A stretch of DNA of 38,615 nucleotides from a virus (taxonomy: Duplodnaviria; Caudoviricetes), in the IMG/VR virus record IMGVR_UViG_3300044708_000091, positions 1 through 38,615 of that record; one strand, 5' to 3'. Shown here piece after piece: positions 1 through 8,529 of this stretch. Position numbers and translations under genes: made by a program. The notes under the pieces were generated by a model. That model ran no database searches, had not been told where the DNA came from, and saw nothing but the letters and a program-made list of their open reading frames with translations. Each line of letters begins with the position of its first letter. Within the stretch, counting starts at the first letter, position 1.

Positions 1-127
1 TGCCGTCGTCCAGGCTGAGAAAGGCTTCCACAGTGGAATCACCAACGTACGTACCGAGCAGCTGGATCTTGTAGAGGTCGCCGAAGCCACTCACGCCGAA
101 GGGGCGTAGCGAGCCTGTGCGAATCGA
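1..127. repeat. Terminal direct repeat, left copy (circular-assembly overlap)
   Basis: Bases 1-127 are identical to 38489-38615. A reading frame continues across the join, and 127 is a common maximum assembler k-mer, so this is probably a circularisation overlap. Confidence 0.95.
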
Positions 128-2728
128 TGCCGTCAGGGCCGTGCCGCCGCTGAGGCCAGCCGCGGTGTTTTCGCTGCTGAGATTGCCGGTGTTGAACGTG
201 AAGTAGGCTAGCTTGCCCTGATACTCCGTGACCGTGTCGGCAAGAATGTCATCGGTGTACCAAGTCGAGGTAGCGATATCATAAACTAGCAGCGCGCCCG
301 TCGTGCCGTCGGTCGAGTTGCACGCAAACACGACCTGCTGCGTGGCGCTGCAGAGGCAGGCGCCCACGATGACCGGGTACGACGCCAGCGTGTCCTGGAT
401 AGGCTGCCCGATCCACTCGGCCTGCCCGCCCGGGCGCAGGACGTAGAGCTTGTCCGTGTCGAGCTGAAAGAAGATGCCGGCGCCGCACGAGACGATCGAG
501 CGCCAGTCGATGCAGCCCCCGTCAGCGTAGAGCGTTTGAGGGGCGAAAAACTCGCCCGAGCCGTTGCGCTGAGGCCCAGAGCCGGGGATCGCGAAGATGG
601 CATCGCGGGTGAACGCCACGTAGGTGTCGCCGCTGGCCGCCACGCCCGTGCAGGGCTGGGGCAATCGGGCGACGAAGCCCGCCGCGGCGGGATGCGCGAA
701 CTCGGGCGGCTCGCCCGGCGCGAACAGCTGGCTGAGCTTGACCTGGTTTGGGTCCTGCAGCCCGCCCGCCAGCACCCTGTCTCGCCCCACGGCCAGAAAC
801 TTGGCCGCCCCCGGCGCCACGTTCGTGACGGGCTTCTGGCTCTGAGTATACAGGATCTCGTGGGTTTCCGCAATCACGTCGCTCACGCCGTCGTTGATTG
901 CGACGGTCGCTGCCGTGTCCAGCGCGCTGACGTCGGAGGACTCAGCCACCCTGAAAAACACGCTGTCGCCCGGGTTGGCCCTGTACAGGACGACGCGCGG
1001 CGTGATGCCGTTGCCCACCCGCTTGGCCGTGCGGGGCGTGCTGACGGTCGGGATCGCCCGGTTGTTACCTCCCGTGAGGGTGACAGCTATGGGCGCGCTC
1101 GGCGTGGACCGGACAGTGTTGCCCGAGGCATCCACGAACTCATAGGTGGCGATGTACTGGTACGCGGCGAGCAGCGTTTGCGAGCCGCTGGCGTCCTGCG
1201 CGATCGAGATGATATCGGGCGCGTTGGGGAAGCTGGCCGTCGACAGCACTGCGCCGTCGTACGTCCCGACGTTGCCGCCGCTGATGTGAAGGATCCCGCC
1301 GGCCTCAACGCACTGGCGCTGATGGTCGCGCGAGATCTTGACGACGCGCAGCGCGCCCGGCACGCTGCCGCCGAGCTCGAGCCCGCGCGCGAACGTGGTG
1401 AGGGCGTAGTAGTACGTGCCGTCAGACGCAACGCTGGCTCGCCCGCCCGTGTCAGAGGCGCTCAGAATGTCGAGCGGCGCGCACACGCCGTAGTCCCACA
1501 CGCCGTGCACGTTGGCAGGGAACGCCGCGTCGTACACGCAAGCCGTGTAGAAGGGCAGGCTAAACGCGCTGCCCGCGCTGACGCGCCCTACGATCATGCC
1601 TGCGCCATAAAGGTCGGAGGTGATGACCGTGAAGGGCTTGGACGCGCCCCACACGTTCGGCGCGCTCGCGTCGGACAGCGTGATAGCCGCGTAGTTCGTG
1701 ACAGAGCACAGGTAGAGCTCGGATGCCGTGGCCGTGGTGGCAGCGATCCAGATCTTACTGCTGTCGATGCCGAACGTGGTGTTTACGCCGAACGCCAGCC
1801 CTGGCGCGCGGATACTGGCCGTCGTGCTGACCGTGGAGGGGCCTGTCGTGACCGTAAGCGAGCCGTCGACGGTGCGTAGCTTGAGCGCAGCGCCGTCCGT
1901 AATGGCCCAGACGATGACCGACGTGGAGGCGGCCGCGACGGCCAGGTCGCCGACTGCAGTCGTCGGCGTCACGTCGAGCGTGGCGGACAGCGCGTGCGCA
2001 ACGGTGTAGCGGCGCAGCCGGACGCTGGTCGAGCCAGGGCGCGGGTACGTGACCAGGTAGTCGGTCGTGCCGGGGATAGAGCACAGATCCCAGTGCGTCG
2101 TGCCCGTCGCGACCGTGGCCTCTAGCGTGGTAGGCGCGCTCGGCGTGGTGCCCACGGTCGTGCCCAGCGTGCGCGCTGCCATCGTGCCCGTAGTGCCGCG
2201 CGTGACGATTACGAACGTGGTGCCGCAGGCCACTACGCGCGCGCTGCTGATAGGGCTGATCTGCGTTCGGCTCAGCTGCGTGCCGTCGGCCGTTGCGATC
2301 TTCGTGACCGTCAGCACGTTGCTGTCGTCCACCTGCACGACGCACAGGATCCCGCCGACGGTGCCTGCCGCGTACGCAACATCGAACTGACGCGCAGCCG
2401 CGCCGCTCGGATTCTGCCACAGGTTCTCGACCGCGCTGAGCGCGCCGATCGGTGACGCGGCGGTAAGGCCTACGCTGAGCTCGGGCGTGTACGTGTTGAG
2501 GTAGTAGGACTTGCCCAGCGAGACGAGCCGATCCTTGTACGTGGCGAGCTGATCGCACGCGCTGAGCGAGGTCAGCGTCGTGTACTGCGGCCTGACTGCG
2601 ATGCGCCCAATGCGATCGAGTCTGCAGTTCTGCATCAGGCGGAACTTCGTCCCGTCCGACGGCAGCAGGATCCGGTCTGTGCCCTCGTCCTGGCCGCCGT
2701 TGAGCGGCATGTCGAGCACTTGGGTCAT
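1..2728 (-). CDS. Tail nozzle / tail tubular protein B-like (N-terminal part; continues across the junction to the stop at 38226; ~996 aa in total)
   Basis: Frame open from ATG 2728 (MTQVLDMPLNGGQDEGTD...) off the left end, joining in frame to ...DDGKTWTSLG...AAGMKN* (38226-38488). Beta-rich sequence; lies between adaptor/fibre and ejection genes like T7 gp12 / P22 gp10. Missed by the ORF track. Confidence 0.75.
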   Translation of the reverse strand, partial: MTQVLDMPLNGGQDEGTDRILLPSDGTKFRLMQNCRLDRIGRIAVRPQYTTLTSLSACDQLATYKDRLVSLGKSYYLNTYTPELSVGLTAASPIGALSAVENLWQNPSGAAARQFDVAYAAGTVGGILCVVQVDDSNVLTVTKIATADGTQLSRTQISPISSARVVACGTTFVIVTRGTTGTMAARTLGTTVGTTPSAPTTLEATVATGTTHWDLCSIPGTTDYLVTYPRPGSTSVRLRRYTVAHALSATLDVTPTTAVGDLAVAAASTSVIVWAITDGAALKLRTVDGSLTVTTGPSTVSTTASIRAPGLAFGVNTTFGIDSSKIWIAATTATASELYLCSVTNYAAITLSDASAPNVWGASKPFTVITSDLYGAGMIVGRVSAGSAFSLPFYTACVYDAAFPANVHGVWDYGVCAPLDILSASDTGGRASVASDGTYYYALTTFARGLELGGSVPGALRVVKISRDHQRQCVEAGGILHISGGNVGTYDGAVLSTASFPNAPDIISIAQDASGSQTLLAAYQYIATYEFVDASGNTVRSTPSAPIAVTLTGGNNRAIPTVSTPRTAKRVGNGITPRVVLYRANPGDSVFFRVAESSDVSALDTAATVAINDGVSDVIAETHEILYTQSQKPVTNVAPGAAKFLAVGRDRVLAGGLQDPNQVKLSQLFAPGEPPEFAHPAAAGFVARLPQPCTGVAASGDTYVAFTRDAIFAIPGSGPQRNGSGEFFAPQTLYADGGCIDWRSIVSCGAGIFFQLDTDKLYVLRPGGQAEWIGQPIQDTLASYPVIVGACLCSATQQVVFACNSTDGTTGALLVYDIATSTWYTDDILADTVTEYQGKLAYFTFNTGNLSSENTAAGLSGGTALTASIRTGSLRPFGVSGFGDLYKIQLLGTYVGDSTVEAFLSLDDG

Positions 2729-2871
2729 CGGTGGAAGATCTGCCAAAGCTGCAGCGCGGTAGGCACCACGCCTAGAATGAGCCCGCCCATCTTCACCGTC
2801 TGCTCGAGCTTCACCAGGCGGATCTCGAGCTGGTGGATATACATCTTGAGCTGCTCTAGTTCAGGGATCAT
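2725..2871 (-). CDS. 48-aa coiled-coil protein with hydrophobic C-terminus (XhlA/holin-like)
   Basis: MIPELEQLKMYIHQLEIRLVKLEQTVKMGGLILGVVPTALQLWQIFHR; ATGA overlaps with both neighbours. Confidence 0.6.
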   Translation of the reverse strand: MIPELEQLKMYIHQLEIRLVKLEQTVKMGGLILGVVPTALQLWQIFHR

Positions 2872-3866
2872 GCTGTAGCCACGATTCGGTGCCGCTGGTT
2901 GATGTAGCAGGTGATGATCCTGTGGCCTGCAGTCAGCGCGTAGTTGGCGCCGCCAGGGCAGCGAAAGCGGTTGCCCAGCGCTGCAGCCGATGCGTCGTCA
3001 TTGTTGAACGTGACCGTGCTGGCTACGCCGTCGTTGACTTCCCAGATTATGAATTGGCCCTGCTCAGCTGGGATCGTCGCCCCGCGCAGCGTAATGGCTG
3101 CGCCCACGCCCGCTACGAAGCGCACAACGTTGGCAGCGCTGGTCAGCGTGTAGGTGACGATGGTGCCGGTTGAGGTGGCGTCTGTGATCGTCGTCTCGAA
3201 ACGCAGAATCTCGCCCAGCTGCGCGCCAGTGCCGTCTGTAGGCGCGCCCGTGCCCGCGCTGTCAGCGCGCAGCTTCACGGTGCGCTCTGCCATGTTGGCC
3301 AGCTTCGCGTTCGTCACAGCGCTGGCCGCGATCGTCGTTGCGTTGCCGTTGGCGGCAGCCGTCACGTCGCCCGTCAGGGCAGCGCGCGTGACCTGGTCGC
3401 CCGTGACCACGATGCTGGTCGAGCCCGTCACGTCGAGCGCCGCGCCGTTGCGCACCAGCCCTGCGCCCGCCAGCGCGTCGAGCGTGTTGGACGACAGCCC
3501 GGGCGTCAGCCAGCGCTCGCCGTCGCTGAAGATCTGTAGGCTGTAGGCGCCGGCCGCAAACACCAGCTGGCTCGCGCCGTTGATCGTCCCGCTCACTGGC
3601 GCCACGGTCAGCGCGCCCGGGCCGCTCACGAACAGCGCCACGCTCTGCCCGGCGTTGCTCGCGCTAGGCGCCTGCAGCACCGCAGTCTGGCCGCCGCTGC
3701 GCGGGCTAAGCCGCTTGATCTCGCCCGGCGCGCAGCTCACGGCGGTCGCAATCTCGGGCGCGAAGCGCATGCGCGGCTGTGCGTCCAGCACGCGGCTCAC
3801 GTCGGAGAGGGCCTGCTGCGCGCGTTGATCCTGCACGCCTAGCGGCGGCTGAAAGCGATCGGTCAC
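2868..3866 (-). CDS. Tail fibre-like virion protein (332 aa)
   Basis: GTG start at 3866 overlaps the upstream stop (GTGA). Ala/Thr/Gly-rich with the fibre-type segment GDVTAAANGNATTIAASAVTNAKLA. Confidence 0.6.
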   Translation of the reverse strand: MTDRFQPPLGVQDQRAQQALSDVSRVLDAQPRMRFAPEIATAVSCAPGEIKRLSPRSGGQTAVLQAPSASNAGQSVALFVSGPGALTVAPVSGTINGASQLVFAAGAYSLQIFSDGERWLTPGLSSNTLDALAGAGLVRNGAALDVTGSTSIVVTGDQVTRAALTGDVTAAANGNATTIAASAVTNAKLANMAERTVKLRADSAGTGAPTDGTGAQLGEILRFETTITDATSTGTIVTYTLTSAANVVRFVAGVGAAITLRGATIPAEQGQFIIWEVNDGVASTVTFNNDDASAAALGNRFRCPGGANYALTAGHRIITCYINQRHRIVATA

Positions 3867-4648
3867 CTGCCCCACCCTGCGCCGCGATAGTCCGACCCTC
3901 TTACCCACGTGCGCGGGCCCGAGGCCGTGGGCGCCTGATGCTGTATGTTCCACGCGGGCGTGCCGGGCGCGCTCGGGTCGAGCTGGCGCGCGATGGCAGC
4001 CAGCTGCGCGGCGTTGTTCTTGTCGCGCACGCCCGCCACCTTCTGCATGGCGTGGAACATGTGCCACTGAGCCCACGACTCGCTGTGGTAGATGAAAACG
4101 TCAGTCGTGTTCACCAGGTCGGGCGCCTCAGTCATCGTCCAGAGCGCGTAGCTGCCGCTGCTCGGCACGGGCGCGATGGCAATCTGGCCCTTCACGAACG
4201 CAGTTGTGCCCGTGACAGAGCCGCTGTTGAGCCAGCACCACCCGCACGGGTACGTTCCCCTAGCGGGGAGGTCGCGCAGTTGCAGCGCCGTGACCTCGGG
4301 CAGGTCGCGCCAGTCGCCCCCGCCGATCTTGACGTCTATCTTCTTGACCTGCGTGATGGTGCTGACCGTGCCGGGCGTCCCGCTCGTGCCCACGTCGATG
4401 ATCGCGTACGTCTCGCCGGCTTCCACGGCGCTCGTGGGCAGCGTGGTCGTGGTGCCGCGCTGCAGAAACTGGCCGTAACCGAGGGCCGTCACGTACTCGC
4501 GCAGCTCCTTGTAGCTCGCGTTGAACACGGGCAGCAGGCGCGCGCTCGGGTGCCTGCCCACGGCCGTGCCGAGGCCTTGCAGGTCGGCAAGAAAGCGGAA
4601 GTCGCCTTCGAAGCCTGTGGTTGAAGTGCCGAGCGCGCGTGTGAACAT
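3863..4648 (-). CDS. Head-tail adaptor / tail tubular protein A-like
   Basis: 261 aa with helix-beta-helix layout, upstream of fibre and nozzle; assignment by synteny and layout. Confidence 0.55.
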   Translation of the reverse strand: MFTRALGTSTTGFEGDFRFLADLQGLGTAVGRHPSARLLPVFNASYKELREYVTALGYGQFLQRGTTTTLPTSAVEAGETYAIIDVGTSGTPGTVSTITQVKKIDVKIGGGDWRDLPEVTALQLRDLPARGTYPCGWCWLNSGSVTGTTAFVKGQIAIAPVPSSGSYALWTMTEAPDLVNTTDVFIYHSESWAQWHMFHAMQKVAGVRDKNNAAQLAAIARQLDPSAPGTPAWNIQHQAPTASGPRTWVRGSDYRGAGWGR

Positions 4649-4651
4649 AGA

Positions 4652-4816
4652 TCAGCTGTTCGGATCGTCGTACTTGAGGTCGAGGCGGCCGCCGACGCGC
4701 GTATCCACGAGCGCCGACGCAGTGATCGTGGCCTTGAGCAGGTCGCTGATAAACGCCGCGTACAGGTGCGGCTCGAGCCTCGTGGCTTTCGCGGGCGTGA
4801 AGACTTTGCGGCTCAT
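4652..4816 (-). CDS. Hypothetical protein (54 aa)
   Basis: MSRKVFTPAKATRLEPHLYAAFISDLLKATITASALVDTRVGGRLDLKYDDPNS; ATGA overlap upstream, fills the gap. Confidence 0.6.
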   Translation of the reverse strand: MSRKVFTPAKATRLEPHLYAAFISDLLKATITASALVDTRVGGRLDLKYDDPNS

Positions 4817-5598
4817 GTGGGCCTCTCGAAGTTGAGCAGCTGCGTGATCTCGGCAGCCGTCAGGTTGTCGTTGAACGCGAAGATGTTAGGGCCGATCACG
4901 CCGTTGTTTGCGATCGGCGTGGCGGGTGTGTCAGAGTCAGTCGCGCCGCCGATCGTGGCCGAGCCGCTAGCTGCAGGCAGAGCGCCTAGCGTGCCGCCTG
5001 CGCCGTCGTTCGAATAGGTCAGGCTCTGCGCTACGCCGTTCAGATAGATAGCGATGTTGGCGTCACCGCCGCGCGAGCTGTCGTACTGCGCGTAGATTGC
5101 TGAGTACGCACCTGCCGTCAGCGTGGCGGCCGGTGTCGACCCATGGCGCCCGTTGAAGTTGTCAACATAGCCAGTGAAGCGCACCACTGCGCCGTTCGCG
5201 CCTAGGGCCAGGCGCCGCGTGGATGAGCCTGCAACGCCGTTCTGCACGTTGTACAGCATCTGAAAGCCAGCGACGGTCGCTGGCTTATACCAGAGCCAGA
5301 TCCCGACCTTGGTCGTGGCCGAGTGCGCAGGGCTCTGCGGCCACAGGTGCACGTCGGTCCCGTCGAACACGGCCGTGGGGAAGCCGTTAGCGCTCGCTCC
5401 GACGGCGGCGATCCTCACGCCGCTCGACGTCATAGGCGAGCCCGCGTTGAGCACGTCCACCACCGTCGGCCACTCGCTGCTCACGGCCGTGGAGGCAGCC
5501 AGGCGCAGCCAGCCACTAACCTTGCTCAGCTGGCGCGGGTTGAACACCGAGCCCGTCGAGAGCGGCGCGCGCAGCGGCTTAGGCAGCCACAGGTGCAC
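4813..5598 (-). CDS. LamG/concanavalin A-like lectin-domain virion protein (possible head fibre)
   Basis: LamG-type pattern: VGIWLWYKP...IAIYLNGV...ATIGG...IFAFNDNLTAAEITQL. Confidence 0.7.
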   Translation of the reverse strand: MHLWLPKPLRAPLSTGSVFNPRQLSKVSGWLRLAASTAVSSEWPTVVDVLNAGSPMTSSGVRIAAVGASANGFPTAVFDGTDVHLWPQSPAHSATTKVGIWLWYKPATVAGFQMLYNVQNGVAGSSTRRLALGANGAVVRFTGYVDNFNGRHGSTPAATLTAGAYSAIYAQYDSSRGGDANIAIYLNGVAQSLTYSNDGAGGTLGALPAASGSATIGGATDSDTPATPIANNGVIGPNIFAFNDNLTAAEITQLLNFERPT

Positions 5599-5601
5599 GG
5601 C

Positions 5602-5898
5602 TCAGGGCTCCGGGCACCAGCCCACGAGCACGATGAGCGCGTTCGCGGACGTCAGTTCCGCCACGCCGCCGATGGGCAGCAGCTGGCCCGCCTGCACAGC
5701 GAACGTGGTCGTGACGCCAATCACGTCCTTGAACACTGCGTTGCCGCCCGCGGCGCCGCCCTGGAAGATCACAAGCGACGGCAGCACCTTGCAGTTGGCA
5801 GGCGCGTCAGCGTCGTGCAGGACGGCGGCCGTCGAGACGGCGAAGGCCTTCCAATAGACGGGCGCGTGAAGGTCGTTGCGAACAGTAGCGAGTGCCAT
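5602..5898 (-). CDS. Head spike base-like protein (resembles RcGTA Rcc01079 family)
   Basis: 98 aa; GGAAGGNAVFKDVIGVTTTFAVQAGQLLPIG resembles the recalled family pattern; directly precedes the LamG protein. Confidence 0.5.
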   Translation of the reverse strand: MALATVRNDLHAPVYWKAFAVSTAAVLHDADAPANCKVLPSLVIFQGGAAGGNAVFKDVIGVTTTFAVQAGQLLPIGGVAELTSANALIVLVGWCPEP

Positions 5899-6275
5899 TA
5901 GATGAGCTCGAAGTGTGGGAGGTCAGGGAAGCCCGCGTAGTGCCCGCCCCATCGCACGCGGATGCCGAGGTCTGAGGCCGCGGCTAGGACGTACGTGGCC
6001 AGCTCGACGAAGGCGTGGCGGTCGTTCCAATCGGTGGGGAACGGGGCTAGGTCCACGGCGCGCGCGGGCGAGCAGTTGTGGCGGCTGTTAGGCCACTGCA
6101 ACTTGCTCTTGCCCGACGCGAAGGCAATATTCTGCTCTTTCTGGCCGCGCCAGACGCACAATACTGTCAGGTCAGACTCGGCAGGCATGCGCGCGACCGT
6201 GGCCTTGACCAGGCGCGCTATGTCCGGGTGGCCCTCACCGAGCTTAGCTAGCGAGCCTGCGCCGAGCTTAGCCAT
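5898..6275 (-). CDS. Endolysin, M15-family (L-Ala-D-Glu type) peptidase
   Basis: Motifs R-x4-Q, SRH, AVD, WGG and DLPHFEL. Confidence 0.9.
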   Translation of the reverse strand: MAKLGAGSLAKLGEGHPDIARLVKATVARMPAESDLTVLCVWRGQKEQNIAFASGKSKLQWPNSRHNCSPARAVDLAPFPTDWNDRHAFVELATYVLAAASDLGIRVRWGGHYAGFPDLPHFELI

Positions 6276-6684
6276 CGGTGTACTTCCACGGGTTGTTCCA
6301 GTCGTCCTGGCCCGGTTGAGCGTTCTGCCATGCGTTCGCTCGCGCGGGCGTCACGCCCGGCGCAGCCCTGCGCTGCATGTCGAGCTGCATAGGAGAGGCT
6401 CCCGGGTTGGCCAGCTGCTGCATACGGGCGCGCAGCTGCTGCTGAATCGCGTCGCGCTGCCCTCCCTGCATGAAGCGGTCGTTGTCCACGAACGCCTGCC
6501 CCTGCGCTGCGCTCTTGCCCATTGAGTCCGCCATGCGCTGCATGTGGCCGGGGCGAGCGCCAGGGGCAGCAGCTGGTTGTGTACCGCCCTTGGCGTTCGC
6601 CGCGGCCAGCTGAGCCCTGAGCTGCGCCACGTGCTGCTCTGCCTCGGCCAGCGCCTGCGCGATTGCTTGGCTGTTGTCGGCCAT
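6268..6684 (-). CDS. Hypothetical Gln/Ala-rich protein
   Basis: 138-aa ORF coupled to its neighbours; N-terminal coiled coil. Confidence 0.65.
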   Translation of the reverse strand: MADNSQAIAQALAEAEQHVAQLRAQLAAANAKGGTQPAAAPGARPGHMQRMADSMGKSAAQGQAFVDNDRFMQGGQRDAIQQQLRARMQQLANPGASPMQLDMQRRAAPGVTPARANAWQNAQPGQDDWNNPWKYTDG

Positions 6685-6908
6685 CAGCGGACCATCAAGC
6701 CCATCACGGCCCGCTGCAGCGCGCTCAGCTGCGCGTCGGTCAGGTCCGGGAACGCCTCGCTCACGTCGGAAGCGAACTGCGGGTCGAGCTCGCCCGTGTC
6801 ACCTGTGGACATTGCGTCGTCGGCGTCAGCGTCGGGCGCGCCGCCCATCTCGTCCGCATCGGGCTCGAGCGGGCCGTCGCCCATAGGCATTGAGGGCGGG
6901 GCAGCCAT
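6684..6908 (-). CDS. Hypothetical acidic protein (74 aa)
   Basis: ATG at 6908 (TAATG overlap); MAAPPSMPMGDGPLEPDADEMGG... Confidence 0.65.
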   Translation of the reverse strand: MAAPPSMPMGDGPLEPDADEMGGAPDADADDAMSTGDTGELDPQFASDVSEAFPDLTDAQLSALQRAVMGLMVR

Positions 6909-7213
6909 TAGCTCGCGTTGCCTTCGGGCAGCTTGACGGGCGGTTCGCAAGCGTTGAGCGCCTCAACCAGCGCCTCCACTTCGGCCTGCGTGGCCTTGAG
7001 CGCGTGCAGTGCGCTGGCCAGGTCGGCCTTGCCCGCGTACACGTCGAGCAGCAGCTGGCGCGCGTCGAGCACGTCACCTACTGCAGGCTGCAGCGCCCGG
7101 ACCTGGCACTCGAAGCGCTCGGCCTTAGGCGACGCGGGCTTGAGCAGGCTGCAGCCCAGCACGGCAGAGAGCGCGAACAGCGCCAGCATCAGCTGATGCT
7201 TGACGCGGATCAC
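6908..7213 (-). CDS. Putative lipoprotein (spanin candidate), 101 aa
   Basis: GTG start 7213; signal peptide MIRVKHQLMLALFALSAVLG-C with lipobox-like Cys; helical body with two more Cys; near the endolysin. Confidence 0.55.
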   Translation of the reverse strand: MIRVKHQLMLALFALSAVLGCSLLKPASPKAERFECQVRALQPAVGDVLDARQLLLDVYAGKADLASALHALKATQAEVEALVEALNACEPPVKLPEGNAS

Positions 7214-7329
7214 GGGCACACCGCCGGGGCGTTGACGACAGGCTGCACCACGCCCGTGCCGCCGAGCGCGTTGAGCGCCAGGCTGAGCACCAGCGCGATC
7301 AGCGCCTTGTTGTTTTTCAGGAAGGCCAT
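7210..7329 (-). CDS. 39-aa single-TM protein (holin candidate)
   Basis: MAFLKNNKALIALVLSLALNALGGTGVVQPVVNAPAVCP; coupled on both sides. Confidence 0.55.
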   Translation of the reverse strand: MAFLKNNKALIALVLSLALNALGGTGVVQPVVNAPAVCP

Positions 7330-7505
7330 TACTCGGCCTCGCTGGTGTCATCCTCAAAGTCGTAGTCGTCTTCGTCAGCGTAGTAGTACAGCTCTTCGTC
7401 TTCGCCGGCTTCGGTGAGCAGGTAGAAGCCCGACCCGTCTTCGGTCTCTTCGCAGTCGCTGTCATCCACTTCGTAGCAGTCGCCGTTGTCTTCGATCAGG
7501 AGCAT
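7329..7505 (-). CDS. 58-aa extremely acidic protein
   Basis: MLLIEDNGDCYEVDDSDCEETEDGSGFYLLTEAGEDEELYYYADEDDYDFEDDTSEAE; 26 D/E, no K/R/H; TAATG coupling to the next gene. Confidence 0.75.
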   Translation of the reverse strand: MLLIEDNGDCYEVDDSDCEETEDGSGFYLLTEAGEDEELYYYADEDDYDFEDDTSEAE

Positions 7506-7507
7506 GG

Positions 7508-7927
7508 TCAGGCTTTCTCTTGTAGGTAGTCTTGCATCTGCCGTTGGGCTTTCAGGCCCTCAGGCGTCCAGTAAGTGACGTGCTTGCAGTCCGGGATGTC
7601 AGGGCCCCAGAAGATCTGCGTATAAGTCTCGGGCTCAACCTCGGCGATCCGGTGGAACAAGCTATGCGGCATGAAGTTGACGTCGCCTGGCCTGAACGCG
7701 CGCAGCTCGCGCTTGCTCAGGCTGCCGTCGGGCTGCAGATACGCGAACTCATGCACGTACCCGCCGCTCAAGATGAGCGCCCAGCACCACTCCCACGGGT
7801 GGTTGTGCAGGTGGGGCGCGTCGGGCGCCTTGATCTTGTTGATGCGCAGCCGGCTGGCGTCGAAGCTCCAGGTGTCCAGCACCTCGACGCCGAGCCGACG
7901 CCCCGCTTGCGGGGCAGAGTCGATCAT
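7508..7927 (-). CDS. Cupin-fold protein
   Basis: HLHNHPW...ILSGGYVHE...PGDVNFMPHSLFHRI matches cupin motifs 1 and 2. Confidence 0.75.
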   Translation of the reverse strand: MIDSAPQAGRRLGVEVLDTWSFDASRLRINKIKAPDAPHLHNHPWEWCWALILSGGYVHEFAYLQPDGSLSKRELRAFRPGDVNFMPHSLFHRIAEVEPETYTQIFWGPDIPDCKHVTYWTPEGLKAQRQMQDYLQEKA

Positions 7928-8529
7928 TCGAAGGTGATCGTGCTCTTGGGATAGACGCGCACTTCGAACTGGCCGTTGGTCACGTCGCCAGACTGGCCGG
8001 TGTACGTGATGGTCAGCGTGGAGGCGCCCGCGGCCATCGCCAGCGTCTGTGCTTCGCCCGAGGCCTGCAGCGTGCGCTCCAGGTCCACGTCGAGCGTGGC
8101 CAGGCCGTTGGTCGTCTGCACGGCGCCGCCGGTGGAGCCGCCGAACACGTTGAGCGTGGGCGTCGTGCCGCCCTCAACGATGTAGCGCCGGTGGAAGCTG
8201 GCCACGCCAGCGTCGTCAACCGAGTCGCCCGTCACGTCGATGCGCCGGACGCTGCCCGCCGCTGCAGTCACGCCGCGAGCGATGAGCTCGAGCGTGACCG
8301 TGTCGTTCGTGGAGCACGTGAACGTGCGTTTGAACGTGACGTAGCCACGCAGCGCCAGCTCGAGCGCCTGGTTGGCAATGTCGCCAGCCGTGATGCCGAG
8401 CAGCACCTCGGCGGCCGTGGGCGCGCGGCCCGAGCCGTCCAGGGCCAGCTTGAGCAGGTCAGGCAGCGCGAGCTGCTCGAGCGCTTCGCAGTAGCCGGCG
8501 CGGGACAGTGTGAGATTGGAGGTAGTCAT
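7924..8529 (-). CDS. Putative virion structural protein
   Basis: 201 aa, Thr/Gly/beta-rich, in the capsid operon. Confidence 0.55.
   Translation of the reverse strand: MTTSNLTLSRAGYCEALEQLALPDLLKLALDGSGRAPTAAEVLLGITAGDIANQALELALRGYVTFKRTFTCSTNDTVTLELIARGVTAAAGSVRRIDVTGDSVDDAGVASFHRRYIVEGGTTPTLNVFGGSTGGAVQTTNGLATLDVDLERTLQASGEAQTLAMAAGASTLTITYTGQSGDVTNGQFEVRVYPKSTITFE

Noticed and set aside
1-127. Biological terminal repeat of the virion DNA
   Set aside because: The length equals a common assembler k-mer and it falls mid-gene; more likely an assembly overlap.
536-1879. 447-aa plus-strand ORF and other long antisense ORFs (e.g. 9131-10207, 26642-27925, 31393-32685)
   Set aside because: Arg/Ala-rich shadow frames opposite well-supported genes, expected at high GC.
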